This document shows, one piece after another, positions 1 to 12,883 of a DNA stretch of 64,000 nt. The stretch is from contig OX597818.1 of NCBI GenBank assembly GCA_951406725.2, forward strand, positions 18,228,001-18,292,000, written 5' to 3'. Position numbers and translations under genes: made by a program. Source of the stretch: Octopus vulgaris. Lineage: Eukaryota. The notes under the pieces were generated by a model that worked only from the letters and a program-made list of their open reading frames with translations, had not been told where the DNA came from and ran no database searches. Within the stretch, counting starts at the first letter, position 1; every line of letters begins with the position of its first letter.

Positions 1-471
1 GAGAACGACGAAGCAAGATTCGTAATTTCAATCGACTGTTTTTCTTTGAAGCGGCTTTATGTCTGGTTGAAGATAAAAGAAAGAGAAAGCATTTGTTACT
101 AGTTGCGAAATCTCAAAATAAACTCGAACCTACCAAACGTCGACACAAGTAAAAGTAAGATACATTCGGTGTGAAAGTTCCTGTTCGTAAAGCAATACAA
201 CTATGTGTAGCTAAATACTACTTTACCAACTACTAAGTGACGACGGCGCGGCTGTCAGAGACACTTTTATGGGGTTAGATACAATTTACTGACTAATAAT
301 GTTTAGTTACAGCAATTTACCTCATGATTTAAAAAAAAATTGTGTCTGTATACACTTTATCGTTCATCTGTCTCTGAAAAAAAAATTGACTGAACGAAAG
401 TGAAAAGAGTTTTACGCCTGTGAAAAGGGGGGAAAAAAAGGAAAAAAAAATATTGTTGTTTCCAATCCAAC

Positions 472-798
472 TGGCACTCCGTCGGTTACGACGACGCAGG
501 TTCCAAGTTGGTCCGGTCAAAGGAACAGCCTGCTCGTGTAATTAACGTACAAGTAGCTGAGTATTCCATAGACACGCGTACCCTTAACGTAGTCCTCAGG
601 GAGATTCAGCATGACGCACAATGTGACGTGGCTGTTTCTTTGAATTACAGGTACAACTACTTTTTTTGCAAGCTGAGCAAACGGGAGCAATGTGAAATAA
701 AGTGTCTTGCTCAAGGACACAACGTGCTACCAAAGATCATACTCATCACCTTACGATCATGAACCGAATACCTTAACCACTAAACCAGCTGCCTTCAC
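472..798 (-). mobile_element. tRNA-derived CORE-like SINE (family D)
   Basis: Minus strand starts GTGAAGGC..GGTTTAGTGGTTAAGG (A box) and contains the CORE-like GTGTCCTTGAGCAAGACACTT. Homologous to 11068-11391. A 12-bp TSD, ttccaat(c/t)caac, lies at 460-471 and 1249-1260. Confidence 0.85.
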
Positions 799-1213
799 GG
801 ATCTTTTCGGTTTGAACGGCAGTTTTTAAAAATAATTTCCATGTAACTAAACACTTAAACTTCGTATACTGGTAGAATGTGTTTATTAAACATCTTTTTC
901 TCTTGGCTTTATTGAAAAAATTCTATCGTTTGCAAGATATTTGTTGTTGTTTTTCTTCAATTTCTGCAATTTCAACCAATCAATGGCGTCTATTGAGCTG
1001 AAATCATTCTGTGCCGTATGAATATCTCCCTCGTTTAAGAAACAGATTGGGTTTATTTACATTTCTGAAGAAAAAAAAGATACCCTTCCCTCCACCCCTA
1101 ACCCTAACCCTAAAACAGATTGAAATGCAATAGATCGATACTAGGGTCATAATTATGGGTGACAATTTCATATGACACTGCTAGTAAAACTGCCATTCAG
1201 ACCGAAAAGATCC
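799..1213. mobile_element. Non-autonomous TIR element (GGATC termini) with internal telomere-like repeat
   Basis: 28-bp TIRs GGATCTTTTCGGTTTGAACGGCAGTTTT at 799-826 and 1186-1213 (2 mismatches). (CCCTAA)3 at 1096-1113. Flanked by a 35-bp direct duplication, 764-798 and 1214-1248. Confidence 0.9.
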
Positions 1214-1509
1214 CCGAATACCTTAACCACTAAACCACCTGCCTTCACTTCCAATTCAACAGACCGATGCTCAGTGACCATCTCGATATTTAATTGAAGC
1301 ATAGTGTTAGTTTCAATAACACTAACACATGTCAAATATGTTCTTTTTCAAATCGTAAGGGTGTAATTAAAGGAGAGGATAATGTTTGAATTTAGCGGCC
1401 CACTTTCACTTTGTGAAACCTGCATTTTGATAATCGGCCAACAACCGGGAATTGGGGTTAAATAACAACTTTGTTGTTACTGCTGGCATTGTTGTTATCG
1501 TTGTTGTTA

Positions 1510-1685
1510 ATAATCCTTTCTACTACAGGAATACAAGGCCTGAAATTTCAGGTATTTAATTTATCGATCCCGAAAGGATGAAAGACAAAGTCAACCTCGA
1601 CGGAATTTGAACTCAGAACGTAGCGACGGGTGAAATACCGCTGAGCATTTCGTCGAGTGCGTTAACGATTCTGCCAGCTCGCAGT
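1510..1685 (-). mobile_element. SINE family A (Meta/MESC-like core), partial
   Basis: Reverse complement contains GAGCTGGCAGAATCGTTAA..GAGTTCAAATTCC..CTTTCATCCTTTCGGGATCGATAAA. Confidence 0.8.
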
Positions 1686-1850
1686 CCTATCGTTGTTAAT
1701 AATGATGATGGTATTTAGCTCTAGGTCAATGCCAGTCAATCTGATTGATGGAAGGCATTCCAGTTTTGACCATCCTGTTTTCTTTTAGAAGTATGTCAAG
1801 GACTTATATTACCAAACACACCCTGTCTCTTCACAAGATAGTAAGGATGT

Positions 1851-2578
1851 GGATCTTTTCCTTTTGAACGGCAGTTTTCAACACAATTTCTAGTTAACTA
1901 AACAATTTTAAACTTCGTATACTGGTAGAATGTGTCAAAATAAAACATTTTTTTCTCTTGGCTTTCTTGAGAAAATTGTAATTTGTAAGTTTAACGTAGT
2001 TTAATTTTTCGAATTTTAACCAATCCTATGCCCTCTTTTGAGCTAAAATCATTTGCTGCGTCTAAAACTCAGACAACATCCTGTCACTAACCCTAACCCT
2101 CACCCTAAACCTAACCCCAACCCTAAATTTTAGCCTTTCGTTTTTTTTTCTTAATTGTTAAATTAATTTAATTGCTACGCGTGTGTCTAAAATTATTCGT
2201 TTTGTTTTTGTTTGAGTTTTTGCTTTCGTTTTAACCTTTCGTTGTTTTTCTTAATTGTTATCCTTAAATTAATTTAACAATTAAGAAGAAAAAAACGAAA
2301 GGCTAAAATTTAGGGTTAGGGTTAGGGTGAGGGTTAGGGTTAGTGACAGGATGTTGTCTGTTTTAGACGCAGCAAATGATTTTAGCTGAAAAGAGGGCAT
2401 AGGATTGGTTAAAATTCGAAAGATTAAACTACGCTAAACTTAAAAATTACAATTTTCTCAAGAAAGCCAAGAGAAAAACATGTTTTATTTTGACACATTC
2501 TACCAGTATACGAAGTTTAAAAGTGTTTAAGTTAACCAGAAATTGCGTTGAAAACTGCCGTTCAAAAGGAAAAGATCC
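1851..2578. mobile_element. Foldback (palindromic) copy of the GGATC-TIR family
   Basis: About 320-bp inverted arms beginning GGATCTTTTCCTTTTGAACGGCAGTTTT. (CCCTAA)n variants at 2087-2126 and (TTAGGG)n at 2310-2343. The arms are homologous to the left ~220 bp of 799-1213. Flanks are aggatgt and aagatgt. Confidence 0.9.
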
Positions 2579-3106
2579 AAGATGTGATTTGTTAGAACCC
2601 TGGTTGCCTCTTCTAGTAGATCCAGTGATTATGCCCGTTAGATAGTTATATCTGTATTGTTCTGGAGCGGTGGACAAGGCCGACACTGCCGGAGTGCACC
2701 AGCTGTTTCGCCGCTGTTATCATTTGGAACAAGCAATCACAAACAGTTGTGGATTAACCCTAGGTCTGTCCTGATCGAGCAGACCTATTGTCAAGTCACT
2801 GCAGCCACAACCATCCCGTCTTTTCTTTCGTGCATAAAACTTACATTATGTAATGTGTCCCTCCCTTTTCTGAATTCGGAAGGGTGTTATACAAGGGAGA
2901 TTCCGCTTCTATTTCTAGCTGATCGAGCGACTACATACAAGCATCCTCGTTAAACTTTGTTAGTGAAACTAGGTACAAGGAAACATTGCAGAAGCTGATT
3001 GGACGGTATTTTTTGGTGAGAGAATGGGTAAACCTTAAACTTTCGCCAGACAACATTTGGCAGAGCTACTGAAGTTATTGATACTGCTACTATTTTTAAG
3101 TATACG

Positions 3107-3593
<487 letters not shown>

Positions 3594-5484
3594 GTGTGTG
3601 TGTTTGTTTCTTTATGTTTGTCTAGACTAACTGGCAGGTACAGTGTTTTAATACCGTTGTGTTTGGCTGCTTGGATTTTCATTAGACATTATGTGGCAAC
3701 GTCTGGGAAGGCTGGAGTTTTCTGCAGAACTAAACTGCCTGTCCAAGCGGTCTTTTATTTTAAGTAATTTTGTTTTATGTTGTAGGTGGTATGTGGGTAT
3801 TGTCTGCGCGAAGCTTTTGATGATGCGAAGCGCACTGTTTTGTGTTCTTTGTTGTTTATTGTGGAGAGAATAGTTTCTTGGTTTGTCTGGCATAATCCAT
3901 ATTGGAACTACTATATTGTTTTTATACCACTGTTGATTGATTGTTAACGGCTTGTGGGGTTCTGAATATTGTATATTGGTGATTATTTTTGTTCTTTTTT
4001 TTTCAAACTGTCTCTTCTCTGTGTATTGCAAATGTTCTAAGAAATGTAGTACATAATTCCAAAAGTATTTGTCTTCTGCGTGTCTGGTCTTGTTTATGTT
4101 TTTGTGAGCAATGGCTGGTTGTATCTGACGATCTTTGGTGTTTCTTAAGTCCAGGAGAGATGAAGAGAATTTAGACATTAGTGCACATATGTTGGGAGAA
4201 GATAGAGCAATGTTTCTCAAAAGGTAGCCTGTGAGAATTGGAACAGTAGCAGAAAAATTACCATTTATAATAAAATTTAGATGGTTTCAAAGTTGAATAA
4301 TTTGTCCAACACCATGTCGAAGACAAGAATTACATGGATACAAACTCCGTCTTCTTCCTAATGAAGAGCAATAGGGCGAAATCTCCCAGGTATTTTTGTG
4401 GGGCGGGGCTAACAATTGTCAGTTTGAGAACCACAGGTATTGAATCGATTAAATTAACAACAACAAACTGGTATATTATGTATAAAAGTCAAAATTGATG
4501 TTGGCGGGATTTGATTCAGACAGTGACGAAGCTAATAGGGGAGCAAGGTGGGTGACCGCTCCCCACCGAGTACATTTTTCAAAATTGGTGACTTTTCACA
4601 ATTTCTTTTTAGCTCTTTAGTTCACTTGTGCGATAAAAGTCGAATGTCTTTTTTTGTTGTTAATAGCATGGTATTGGAAGAACTTTCTGGAGTCATTAAT
4701 TTATTTAACCAATCTCCCGTAATTTTTAACTCTTTGCTCAATCTCCTGTGATGTGTTGGTGGACCTGCAGAACCAAAACAAACCCTGATGTCATAACCTC
4801 TCGACACCAGACGATCCCCTGGAGTTTCATCTTTCTCACGTCACGCCTATATCAGTAATTGTAAGTTTTATACATAATGGCATTGTTACTGAAACATGAA
4901 ATTAATAATTGTAGAATACAATTATATAAATTATAACTAATGAAATATTTCGTGTACTATAACAGAAATAAGTTAAAATTGTTTGGCATATGACACTGTG
5001 CCGTTTCAATGTTCTCGTTCCCCCTAAATTTAGAACCTGGCTACGCCTCTGAATTCGGAGTCGCAAAATGTTCGACGTTCTATTGCCAATCTCCCATCCT
5101 AAAATCCTTATAATGATAGGGCTGGAGAGAGCTTGTTTAAACGGGTAGGGGTCATATCTATCATTAGTCTTTTTTGAAAGCTGTCCATTGACCCCATGCC
5201 GATATTTTTTACAGAATATGCTTTTCACCGACTCCTATAGTTTATTATAGAGTGATTAAAGAGAATGGTTTCCTGGTACGAATGGCATAATTCACAATGG
5301 ATTAACTTCTGCCAAAAAAGCAAAGTCATTGGGTCTAGGTTTAGAAAAGGTTAAGTGGTTAAGTTGTTATTTTCAAGAAAAAAAAAAGCTCACGTCCATA
5401 AAATCACGTGCCAGAGTTCGACTGTAAAACAAGTTACGTTTTTGCTTTATGCTTCCGCATTTTTCCCAAGCGTAAACATGCGCG

Positions 5485-5745
<261 letters not shown>

Positions 5746-5958
5746 TTTAGAGAAAAACCTCTATTAAGCAATTCAATAAAGAAAGGTGTTATTCACACCA
5801 TATAGAAAACATATACTATAAAATAAAACTTATTCTAAAAATCAATAAAGTACTTTATTGATTTTTAGAATAAGTTTTTTTTTTATAGTATATGTTTTCT
5901 ATATGGTGTGAATAACATCTTTCTTTATTGAATTGTTTAATAGAGGTTTTTCTCTAAA
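5746..5958. repeat. Near-perfect palindrome with ~106-bp arms and no spacer
   Basis: Centre AATAAAGT|ACTTTATT at 5851/5852. Ends TTTAGAGAAAAACCTCTATTAA and TTAATAGAGGTTTTTCTCTAAA. Confidence 0.93.
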
Positions 5959-6068
5959 TTATATACATATATTATACATTGTGAAATTTGATTTAAAATT
6001 GTTAAATTGAAATTTTCCCTGTAAGTTTTGGAATTATATTCCCTATTATTATTATTATTATTTATTAT

Positions 6069-6137
<69 letters not shown>

Positions 6138-6141
<4 letters not shown>

Positions 6142-7402
6142 GTCGTCAAGTATGAAATTTGTAGTAAGGTATATGGTAGATTTTGACAGTTTCTCATTTA
6201 CGCCATTATTATATTTTGTCAATCTTTAGTTTTCGTTAAAAAGCTAACACATCTATTTCTTTATTCTAACTCATTTTGCGCTTTATAAAGTATTTATAAA
6301 TCGTTTTTTGCTATTTTTGTTTAGAGAGAGATGAGTCTGAAATTTGTACAGTTTTGAAATATGGGTTCTTTTTGGGAAATACAGCATCACAGAAAACTCG
6401 GAATATGAATGGAGTATTTCATTCTAATGTTATTACACAGCAGACAGTAACAAATTGGTTTGCAAGATTTCATTCTGGTAACTTTGATCTTACAAATGAG
6501 CTACGCGGTCGACCAGAAACAAAGGTGGATAATGACGAACTGAAAGCCACCGTCGAGTCAGATCCATCCCAAAGTGCCCGTGAATTATCGTTGTCGTTTT
6601 GCGTTAGCAAGCAAATAATATTGACTTACTTAGTTCAAATCGGTAAAGTGAAAAAGTTGGATAAGTGGGTTCCACATAAACTCAATGAAAATCAGAAACA
6701 GCAACGTTTGGAAGCCTGCATTATGCTACTTTCTCGTCACAAAAATGAATAATTTTTGAATCGAATTGTAACATGTGATGAGAAATGGATCCAATACAAC
6801 AACCGTAAACGTTCAGCACAATGGTTAGACAAAGACGAGCCAGAAAGCAAAATTCATCAAAAGTTACTGATGGTATGTGTTTGGTGGTCTGGCGCAGGTG
6901 TGATCCATTATGATTTCATTAAACCTGGCTCATCAATCACGGCCGAAGTATACTGCAGCCAACTGGACCAAACGATGCAGAAACTTACAAAGACCATCCT
7001 AAATTAGTCAACAGATCCACTCCTATTTTATTGCAAGACAACACCAGACCACACCTCGCAAAAATGACATTGGCAAAACTACAAGAGTTGGGGTTGGAAG
7101 ACCTCCATCATCCATCATACTCACCTGAACTTGCCCCCACTGACTACCACATCTTCCAGAATTTGGATAACTTTTTGATAGGAAAAAAATTAATTCCGAC
7201 GATGCTATACAACAAGCCTTCCAAAATTTTATTGACTCTAGATTGCCAGGATTTTACAGTTCCGGGATGGACAAGCTACCACGGAAATGGCAAAAGTGTA
7301 TTTACAATATGGGTGCATACTTTGATGAATAAAACTATTCTTTATAAAGCATTAGCAAACTTTTTTTCTTTTCTATAAATTTCATACTTGACCACGACCG
7401 AA
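6138..7402 (+). mobile_element. mariner (D,D34D) transposon, full length, decayed transposase
   Basis: TIRs TTAGGTCGTCAAGTATGAAATT and AATTTCATACTTGACCACGACCGAA with TA TSD. Split ORFs carry WVPHKL, TCDEKW, QDNTRPH and YSPELAPTDY, with 34 residues between the second and third Asp. Stops and frameshifts present. Confidence 0.95.
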
Positions 7403-7476
7403 TATATAATTTCAAAGCCAATTTCAAATTTTTTTTCTACATCTACAAGAGCTGATGCTCAGAGGTATATAGAGGA

Positions 7477-7699
7477 GAGCTGGCAGAAACGTTAGCACGC
7501 CGGGCGAAATGCTCAGTGGTATTTCGTCTGCCGCTACGTTCGAGTTCAAATTCAGCCGAGGTCGACTTTGCCTTTCATCCTTTCGAGGTCGATTAAATAA
7601 GTACCAGTTACGCACTGGGGTCGATATAATCGACTTAATCCGTTTGTTTGTCCTTGTTTGTCCTCTCTGTGTTTAGCCCATTGTGGGTAGTAAAGGAAT
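7477..7699 (+). mobile_element. SINE family A
   Basis: tRNA-like head and GCCTTTCATCCTTTCGAGGTCGAT core. 14-bp TSD aggtatatagagga at 7463-7476 and 7700-7713. Confidence 0.9.
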
Positions 7700-7739
7700 A
7701 GGTATATAGAGGATATTTTTTTGTAATATATTTCTCTAT

Positions 7740-9700
7740 TCTGATTGAATAGTTTTCACCTAATTGAATTCGCGTTCACAATCAAAACTTAAGGCTTGAA
7801 AATTTGCACATATATCAAGATGCTAAGTGAGTGCATTAAAATGATCAACATTTTACATAATTTAGTCCACCACATATTGAAAAGCTTTCAAGAACTTTAA
7901 TGTTTTGCTTTTGGAGACATCAAATATTTGAAGTCCTTATAAGAACTTAAGTTTTTCTTCTTCATATTTCATGAACAATTTTTATTGTGTTGTCGATATC
8001 AATAGTACAGTGAGTTTGTTCCGATGTGGCGCAAGAATAATCAAATGCAGACAATTTTTCAAGACCATTTAAATAAACAAATGTTAAAAGGTCCTTTATA
8101 TGTAGGTCTTACCCTTCCGTGCCACATACAATGATATTTTGAAGGGTTCCATTCCTGCAAACAATCCCCTAAGATGTTTTCTTATCTTACAAAATTTCCT
8201 TTCATTAGACGATTAAGCTGTTTTTGTTAGTATTTACATTGTGCAGCTAACTCAGAAATATAATTAGTTCAGAAAATTGCAATTCAATATCATTCAGAAA
8301 GTTTTCAATGGTAGCATTTAACAATTGAATCATTATTTTCATTTTTGCCAATTTTGAAGTAATTCAGAAAGGTTTCAGAATTTCACACTGGTGGTTTAAG
8401 TGCCGGATGCCTTGGTAACCACCGCACCTCCTTAAGAGCCTGCAATGATCAAGTTTCACATTGTAAATTTTGTTTATATCCTCAATTTATATCCTCAAAT
8501 TTCTTATTTTCTTCTTGATAATCTACAGAAAGCAGTTGAGACTATCTTGAGATAAGGTTCATATTTCTTTCACTTTTGGTACAGTGTTACAAGAATCAAT
8601 TGTTGCTCTATTTTCTCGGCGTGTAACACATTTCAACATGTTACACAGTGGCATAGCTAGATTGTGTGCCGGTCGGGGCAGCACTCGATTCTGCTGCTTA
8701 CCACCACGGGCTCCTAAGCCTATACAAGCCTATACAGGAATTCCAAAAGTACCACCTTCATAAGGGCGTCACTCAGGTCGGACCTCTCCCTCCAACCTTT
8801 TGATGAGGGAAAATTTATTCACATCTAATGGCTCCTTCCATGTATTTCCCCCTTACTTTATAAACGAACCATCTGAAGTGAACATTACCATGCTTGTATA
8901 TCCATCAGACTGATCTCATTGAAATGTTTGATCGGATTTGTAATCGATTCTGCATAGCAAGAATCCAAAATTAAAATCCTCTAAAAATTGCCTCATAGTT
9001 ATCGTCTGCTATTTTCCTGAACTTAAAATACGGTATAAACATTTTATTAATTCAGTAATAGAAATATTTGTGCCGAATGATTAATTATCGAATTTCTGAC
9101 AATTTCTGAATGAATGACGCTATTTATTGATTCTATAAACTCAAATGCATAATTTTTACCACGCCGCCAGTTACCAAGGGCACATATTCTGCCATATGAT
9201 CTTAAGTATATTGTATAGAGTCCATTGAATCGCTTATTTGTATTGCAAGTAGCAATTGTCTAAGAGAATCTTTACTCCATTTGCCTTGGAAGCCTTTACG
9301 TTCTTCACTTCGGTTAATTTCTCTTTAACTGAAATTTCCTCAAAGATTAGTTTTTATGGATGAATAATCCAAAATCAAAGAATTTCGATAGCAGAAATAT
9401 GTTGCTTCTATGATAAATGTCTTTACAGGCAATCCAATTTACACCCCTCATTGTATGTTTTGCCAATAGTGAACAAGTTAGAAACATTTGCTTCACTACA
9501 AATATTATAGATTAACCCTTGACTTTCATTGTATTGGAAGATTTCTTTGAACTGAATCACTGTCAGATTCTTTGATTCTAGCATTTCTGATTCAACTTTT
9601 GTGTTAAGCCATGCTTCTTCAAATTAAAAGCAAAAAATAAAAAAATTTCTTTTTTCGAAGCTGTACTTTCGCGACATTCCGTTTTTTACATTGCCATCAT
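7740..9700 (-). mobile_element. Highly decayed hAT-type (ZNF862-like) transposase remnant
   Basis: Fragmentary minus-strand translations (NLFTIGK..CKLDCL.RHLS.KQH; MFTSDGS) resemble hAT transposases. Many stops; boundaries approximate. Confidence 0.45.
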
Positions 9701-9744
9701 TATGGGTCATTTGACTTATGATATTATTATTATTACTATTATTA

Positions 9745-9838
<94 letters not shown>

Positions 9839-9904
9839 GCCTGTTTTATTGTTTATGATGGAAAGAAAAATATTTAGCTTATTGTGTTTACTCATTGTAA
9901 AAGT

Positions 9905-10920
9905 AGCACTATTTTATACTTGATTTTAAGCGGAAAAACTGGGGTGCGACTTTTACCCGGGGTAACTTTGAATATGAATGCAAGAAATTCATGTACAAAG
10001 ATTTAACATTAAATTTGAAAGAAGTCATATAAACACGAGTAAATCCGGAAAATGTGTTTATTGGCCGTTTCAAAACTATTTTAAAAAATTTACTCAAATA
10101 AAGTTTTTATAAAATTTTATTAATCTTTGCCAGTTACGAAGTCAGTTTTTAAGGTCTGCTATCTTGTTCAAGTGGCCGAACCCGAGATGCCTTTCACGTG
10201 CCAAGAATATCTATTCTCCCCATTACCTTTTGTAGGTCCTCACTTTCGTGATGCGAGTGATCTTTGTTTCTTGTCAGGGCAAGCCTCCAAATCATAACAT
10301 CCAAAATGGCTTGTTATTTGTCACCATAGCAGTGTCGTGTAAAATCAACGTGGCATTGAGCAAAAACTATAGAAATGCACAGAATGTGTCCAGAAATATT
10401 CTCTTTGGTCTAGTGTTGAAGTCATAAGATGTTTTGAACTGTTATGAGAAATTTGGTGTACGTACCTATTTCTTTACTACCCACAAGGGGCTAAACACAG
10501 AGAGGACAAACAAGGACAGACACACGGATTAAGTCGATTATATCGACCCAGTACGTAACTGGTACTTATTTAATCGACCCCGAAAGGATGAAAGGCAAAG
10601 TCGACCTCGGCGGAATTTGAATTCAGAACGTAGCGGCAGACGAAATACCGCTAAGCATTTCGCCCGGCGTGCTAACGATTCTGCTAGCTCGCCGCCTTGT
10701 CAGCTCGCCGCCTTGTCAGCTCGCTGCCTTAAATTTGGTGTACACCAAAACGCACTATTTTCATCAATTTTAACCATTGATCGCATTCTTTTCTTATGCA
10801 TCTCACGTATCAATGACTATATATACTCTCTTGATGCGAATTGGACATTTCAGTGAAGCCAGCAGTATTATATTTTACGTTACTACTTACAACCAGTGTA
10901 TACTGTAGAATTAGATATTT
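9905..10920 (-). mobile_element. pogo/Tigger-like remnant interrupted by a SINE
   Basis: Terminal-like GGGTGCGACTTTTACCCGGG motif resembling pogo-family ends. No intact ORF. Confidence 0.35.
10464..10730 (-). mobile_element. SINE family A with triplicated 5' head
   Basis: Full body. AGCTCGCCGCCTT is repeated three times at 10686-10730. TSD aaatttggtgtac at 10449-10461 and 10731-10743. Confidence 0.9.
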
Positions 10921-11067
10921 TGCTGCTATTTCACGAAATCGAAAACGGCGAGTAAGATGAAAAAATGTAATTTTAGACTAGAGTGTGATCTGTAACAGAT
11001 TTGTTTTGTATTTTTAGCAGGCTGAGGCTCCACATAGAGGCACCTACGTTGGCTCAAACAATACATT

Positions 11068-11391
11068 AAAAGACTCCGCCGGTTACGACGACGAGGGTCC
11101 CAGCTGATACGATCAACGGAACAGCTTGCTCGTGAAATTAACGTGCAAATGGCTGAGCATTCCACAGACACGTGTACCCTTAACGTAGTTCTCGGGGATA
11201 ATCAGCGTGACACAGAGAGTGACAAGGCTGACCCTTTGAAATACAAGTACAACTCATTTTTGCCAGCTGAGTGGACTGGAGCAACGTGAAATGAAGTGTC
11301 TTGCTCAAGGACACAACGCGTCGCCGGGAATCGAACTCACAACCTTACGATCATGAGCCGAATGCCCTAACCACTAAGCCACGCGCCCTCA
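11068..11391 (-). mobile_element. CORE-like SINE family D, full length
   Basis: A and B boxes (TGGCTTAGTGG; GAGTTCGATTCCC). TSD ctcaaacaatacatt at 11053-11067 and 11392-11406. Confidence 0.92.
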
Positions 11392-11419
11392 CTCAAACAA
11401 TACATTCATATACATATAA

Positions 11420-11825
11420 TGATTAGGGATGAGAAGAGAACCTGTGCATAGTTATGGAAATTAGCTACCCAGCGGATGTTAACACAAAGCTGAAGATCGG
11501 TGAAAAAGAGAATACCTACGCTGAACTAGTGACAAATCTGCAGTTACTCTATCCAGATTACAAGTAATAATCGGGGCCATGGGATATTTAACGCACTGCC
11601 TAAATACCAATCTTGAGAAATTAGACTTCACAAAACCAGAAAGGAGAAAGCTAATTTGATGACTACAGATCCAGTCCATCACTGGAACTGTGAAAATCAG
11701 TAAAACTTTCCAGAAGTTATCATTTAAATATATATGAGCATGTCTAGATATGCAATTATATGCATGAGAAGACATAACAAAACAACTCATACACATCTGA
11801 ACATATACATACATACATACATACA

Positions 11826-11857
<32 letters not shown>

Positions 11858-11960
11858 AAAGTACCCTACTGTTGAAATTCCAATGAAGGAGCCTTGAATC
11901 TAGGTTAGAAACCGGCTCTTTCTCTGTTGGCAAGAAATCTCGAAATAAAACTGCAAAATG
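11420..11960 (+). mobile_element. 3' fragment of a restriction-like-endonuclease LINE plus 3'UTR with (TACA)n
   Basis: Translation EISYPADVN..EKENTYAELVTNLQLLYP..IIGAMG..LQIQSITGTVKI is typical of RLE C-termini. A related 3'UTR (GGAGCC..GAAACCGGCTC) is inverted at about 21225-21430. Confidence 0.75.
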
Positions 11961-12832
11961 ACATACAAGCATGCATACATACATACTGGATTGCATATAT
12001 ACATATTTACATTCTTAAGACAGTAGGGTGTGATCTGCGAGGGATTTGGCCACTATTTTTAGCAGGTCGAGGGTGCGTAGTTTTTGTATTGCAATTTATA
12101 TGAAGTGTAATTCATATATCTAATGTACATGACAACAAATGGTACCCAAACCATACTCACTAGTTTTCTTATAGGTTATTTTATTATCATACACATCCCA
12201 GGAGATAAGTTCTGATAGTTTTTTTTTTTTCCTTTCTAGTATTCTTCTTAGCGTGTAGTAAAATAATGACGGTAGTGAGAAAGCACTGAATAAGTTTAAA
12301 ATTAGAAAAGTAAGTTGATGAAGTGACTGAAGAGTATGACAGTCGTAGAACGTAAGAAAGACCGCATAAAGTGGTGGCTGGTTTGAGAACAGACATTCAC
12401 AATAGACAGTGAAGGCATAATTTTTATAAAGATATATTGCAATTAGCTTTTGAAAAGTTGTATATTTCATTTTAGACTGACCAAAAGAGTTGTTCTGAGT
12501 TTTGGCTATATATATATATATATATATAGATAAAGGGTGAAATATAATTAATTTATATATATATATATAATATATAGATAAAGGGTGAAATATAATTAAT
12601 TTAATAAAATCAACAAATTTCACCAAGTAGTATTTCGGTATGGAAAAGGACCGACCGTGGACTGTTTGATTTTGTTATTTTTCTTTTTTTTTTTTGCCAA
12701 AGAATGAGTTACAATAACTGTTGTCTGTGGAGACATATTTTTGTAGTAAAAGGAAATAGCAGTCCTCTAGCTGTTATTTCTAAAACTTTCGGTACGTGGT
12801 CTAACAACTTGCTGCAAAGACCCTCATTGTTA

Positions 12833-12883
<51 letters not shown>

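Noticed and set aside
2087-2343. Head-to-head telomeric repeats as a chromosome fusion site or telomerase RNA template
   Set aside because: The tracts are short and lie symmetrically inside a TIR element whose relative at 799-1213 has the same motif.
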